Assembly (NCBI GenBank): GCA_947501605.1 | Contig: CANMWZ010000035.1 | Location: 1-48,093, forward strand | Source of the DNA: Planctomycetota bacterium | Lineage (GTDB): Bacteria > Planctomycetota > UBA1135 > UBA2386 | Direction of reading: 5' to 3' | DNA: 48,093 nt | In this document: piece by piece, positions 45,582-48,093 of the stretch | Position numbering within the stretch: the stretch's first letter is position 1 | How the letters are laid out: every line of letters starts with the position of its first letter | Position numbers and translations under genes: made by a program | The notes under the pieces: model-generated | Told to the model about the DNA's origin: nothing | Database searches by the model: none | The model's input: the letters and a program-made list of their open reading frames with translations, nothing else

Positions 45582-46775
45582 TCACGCGGACGGGTTGCGG
45601 CGCCCCACCGCCAACGCAAGCACGCTGAGCACGGTGCCGAGCGCGAGCGCGGTCCAGGCGAAGGACGACAGCCCTGCTTGTGGCGCTGGCTTGGTCGGCG
45701 CGGTTTCGGTGGCCATGCTTTCCGTGTTGTCGCCGACGACAACCTTGTCAGACTTCTCGCAGCACGACGCCGCGGGCTTCCGTTCGACGCCGTTCTCGTC
45801 GACCAGCGTCGGCAGCACCGTGGCGACACGACGGCTTTCTTCTTCGAGGTAGACGAGGAGTTGGTCGGTCTCCTTGTTGGAGAGCCGCATATTGGGCATC
45901 GCCACCTTGTTGAAGGCCTCGAACATCTGCATCGCGACGGGATCCTTCTCGGCGAGCATCGCGTCCGGTTCCATGATCCATCGTTGCAGCCAGTCGCGCG
46001 GTCGGCGATCGCCGACGCCGAACAGATTTGGGCCAAGACGCGCCAGCGCTGCATTGGTGCCGCCGATGGCATGGCACGACGAGCAGCGCGTGCGAAACAG
46101 GCTTTCGCCGTCACTTACCTGGCGCAGTTCGGGAGCGGCCCTGTAGTCGAGCATCTGGCTCGGGGGGATCTTCCAGTTGTGCAGCCAGTCCCCGATCTGA
46201 CGCGCCAGCACATAGGGATTCTCGAAGGGGCCCGAGCGCATCCAGCGACCGGTTTCCTGGTTGCCAATGATGATATTGAGGCCGTGCTCTTTCAGTTCGG
46301 TTCCCTCGCTCGGGTTGTAGAGGCCGAGCTTGGTGCGCAATCGTGCCGTGTCGTTCTCGTTGGCAGTCAAGAACTGCCACCCAGGCCCGGCTTGATAGCG
46401 CGCCGCGTAGTCTTTCAGGACCTCTGGCGTGTCATTCTTCGGGTCGATCGTGATCGAGTAGAAGAACACATCCTTGCCAACGCGATCACCGAGGATCCCT
46501 TGCACCTGAGCGATGCGCGCGGTCTCCAGCGGGCACGCATCGGGACAGCTGGTGTAGATGAAGCTGATGAGGACGACCTTGTCTTTGATGCAGTCGTCGA
46601 AAAAGCGGACCTTTTGACCGTCCTGATTGGTCAGCTCGAAGTTGGGGAAGTAGTTGGCGCCCCATTGATCGCCGCCGGTCACGATCCGGGTGTGTTCCTG
46701 CGCGGTCGCAAGCGGGGCCGAGGCCGCGAACAGTGCGGTGGCAACGAGGCAAGGCAAGAGGTGAGCGCGGCGCAT
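45582..46775 (-). CDS. SCO1/SenC copper chaperone fused to cytochrome c, with C-terminal membrane anchor
   Basis: Signal peptide; WGANYFPN, YTSCPDACP (CxxxC), SITIDP..D, EH; CSSCH heme motif and MPN axial Met; C-terminal TM helix plus RR. Confidence 0.92.
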   Translation of the reverse strand: MRRAHLLPCLVATALFAASAPLATAQEHTRIVTGGDQWGANYFPNFELTNQDGQKVRFFDDCIKDKVVLISFIYTSCPDACPLETARIAQVQGILGDRVGKDVFFYSITIDPKNDTPEVLKDYAARYQAGPGWQFLTANENDTARLRTKLGLYNPSEGTELKEHGLNIIIGNQETGRWMRSGPFENPYVLARQIGDWLHNWKIPPSQMLDYRAAPELRQVSDGESLFRTRCSSCHAIGGTNAALARLGPNLFGVGDRRPRDWLQRWIMEPDAMLAEKDPVAMQMFEAFNKVAMPNMRLSNKETDQLLVYLEEESRRVATVLPTLVDENGVERKPAASCCEKSDKVVVGDNTESMATETAPTKPAPQAGLSSFAWTALALGTVLSVLALAVGRRNPSA

Positions 46776-46788
46776 AGGGGGCGGTCCC

Positions 46789-46894
46789 GCAGGGTGAGGC
46801 GGGTCAATAAGGGTTCGCGCTCCGCCCGGAATAGGATGCAGGGCGAGGCGGGTCAATCAAGGTTCGCGCTCCGCCCGGAATAGGATGCAGGGCG
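46789..46894. repeat. 49-bp tandem duplication (2 copies plus partial) upstream of the SCO gene
   Basis: GCAGGG recurs at 46789, 46838 and 46887; the two units differ at only about 3 positions. Confidence 0.9.
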
Positions 46895-46923
46895 CGAACA
46901 GGGGCACGGAAGAGTAGCTCCTA

Positions 46924-47945
46924 TCAGCGACTCGGGCCAGTGCCGTCGCCGGTGCGCGCAGTCGGCAGTGCTACCGTCGGAACGTATTCGACGCCTTCCC
47001 AGCTCGGGATCGGGCAGGGGATCGGGACCGTTTGGCCCGGGTTCTCCGCATCCCACCGCAACAGCATGGCCGTGTCCTCGTGGGTCGTGTTGTGGCAGTG
47101 CTCGACGTAGGTGCCGGCGAAGTCGCGGATGTGGATCGCGATCTCGACGTCGGTCGAACTGTCGATGCGATTGCCGATGCGATACATGTCCTTCCGCGCC
47201 CAGCGTTCCCACTCTGGTGGTGTGCGGCCAGCGCGAGTGAGGATGATGCCCTCCTCGAAGTGCACGTGCACCGGATGGCTCCAGCCACCACCACCGTTCA
47301 CGAGGCGCCAGATCTCGAGGGCGTTGACCTGCGGGAGCGCAGACGCGACTCGCGGATCGGCACCAAGGCCACTGCCGCCATCGACCTTGACCGTCCAAGG
47401 CTTGTCGTCCGAGCCTCCCGATCGCCCGAACTCGAAGGTGCGGTGCCGCGCGTTCGCCAGCTCAGCTGCTGTTGGGCGGTTGAGTGGGATCATCTTCTGA
47501 CGACCCGCAAGGTAGTTTGCCGGGTTCATGCTCTGATCGTTGCCGGTATAGCTCTGCACCCGAATCTCCAAGAACTTGCCCACGCAGGGATCGCCACCTT
47601 CCCAGCGGTCGAGTTGGCGGTCGCCGTCGGTGTCGCGGGCGACTGGGCGGTAGGTTCCGCGAATGACGTCATTGAGTGGGATGACGCGCTCCGGTCGACG
47701 CCCGTCGCTGTGTTCGAGCAAGTTGACGAGATAGAGGCGCTCGCCGGCACGGAACCGACTGAAGTCGACGATGATGTCCCAACGTTCCGCGATCGACTGT
47801 TCCGGCAGTACGCCGACTTGCGTGCCCAGCGTGCCATCGAAGGCGACAGCGTGCTCCATGATGTTGCCATCGTTGGCGATCCCGTGGAACGGCACGGGGC
47901 GTCCGCGGCTATCGACGAGGGCGAGCTTGAAGTAGCGGGCGACGC
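46924..47945 (-). pseudogene. 3' fragment of a multicopper oxidase (McoA-like), interrupted by an IS
   Basis: IANDGN, AERWDIIVDFS, HPVHVH, HCHNTTHED..M copper motifs. Oxidase-like sequence ends abruptly upstream of (S)VARYFKLAL. Confidence 0.85.
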
Positions 47946-48093
47946 GTAAGCACCCGGTAGACAGCACGTCGCCGGGCCGACCGACATTTGCTGAGTGAGG
48001 CTGCAGCCCCGCCGCGCCGGTCAGTCGGGGACGACCGAGACCGTCAGCTGGCCGGCCTTCCACAAGCGCGGCGTGAGCGTCTCAGGCTTCTCC
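47946..48093 (-). mobile_element. Right end of an IS66-family insertion sequence (partial)
   Basis: Terminus GTAAGCACCCGG at 47946 (IS66 IRs begin GTAA) lies exactly at the break in the oxidase gene, about 75 nt beyond the stop of a TnpC-like C-terminus. Confidence 0.75.
48021..48092 (-). CDS. C-terminal 23 aa of a putative IS66 TnpC transposase
   Basis: Manual translation EKPETLTPRLWKAGQLTVSVVPD*; L(T/L)PxxW is typical of the IS66 transposase C-terminus. Confidence 0.65.
   Translation of the reverse strand, partial: EKPETLTPRLWKAGQLTVSVVPD

Noticed and set aside
46789..46894. Possible CRISPR array
   Set aside because: Only two contiguous units with no unique spacers and no cas genes.
47946..48063. 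N-terminal ~39 aa of ORF 46924..48063 as the oxidase start
   Set aside because: It is read-through into the IS end; no signal peptide and the N-terminal copper motifs are missing.

Overview
High-GC bacterial chromosomal window. Gene content (topoisomerase VI, STK-FGE fusion, ECF/anti-sigma pair, large secreted VCBS and Cys-rich proteins, MqnA) suggests an uncultured Planctomycetota-like organism; this is inference only. About 35 CDSs are supported, mixing housekeeping genes (queA, queG, thiE, P5C dehydrogenase, RluA-family, mqnA, top6B/top6A, nucleotide-sugar dehydrogenase, GT2) with envelope, secreted and regulatory genes. Main points of interest: (1) a shared ~120-aa C-terminal domain on two unrelated secreted proteins, a candidate unnamed export/sorting signal; (2) a four-gene module of degenerate histidine-kinase-like protein, ECF sigma, soluble ZAS-TPR anti-sigma and secreted protein; (3) a 61-aa Zn-ribbon gene with its own sigma54-type promoter and terminator; (4) a secreted ankyrin protein and partner that share a YbjN/CesT-like domain; (5) a mqnA-top6B-top6A operon; (6) a McoA-like multicopper oxidase/SCO-cytochrome c cluster whose oxidase is interrupted by the end of an IS66-like element at the window edge; (7) recurrent TANNNT boxes 6-10 nt before start codons, suggesting leaderless mRNAs. 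No rRNA, tRNA or CRISPR array was seen. All family calls come from motif recognition by eye, not database searches.
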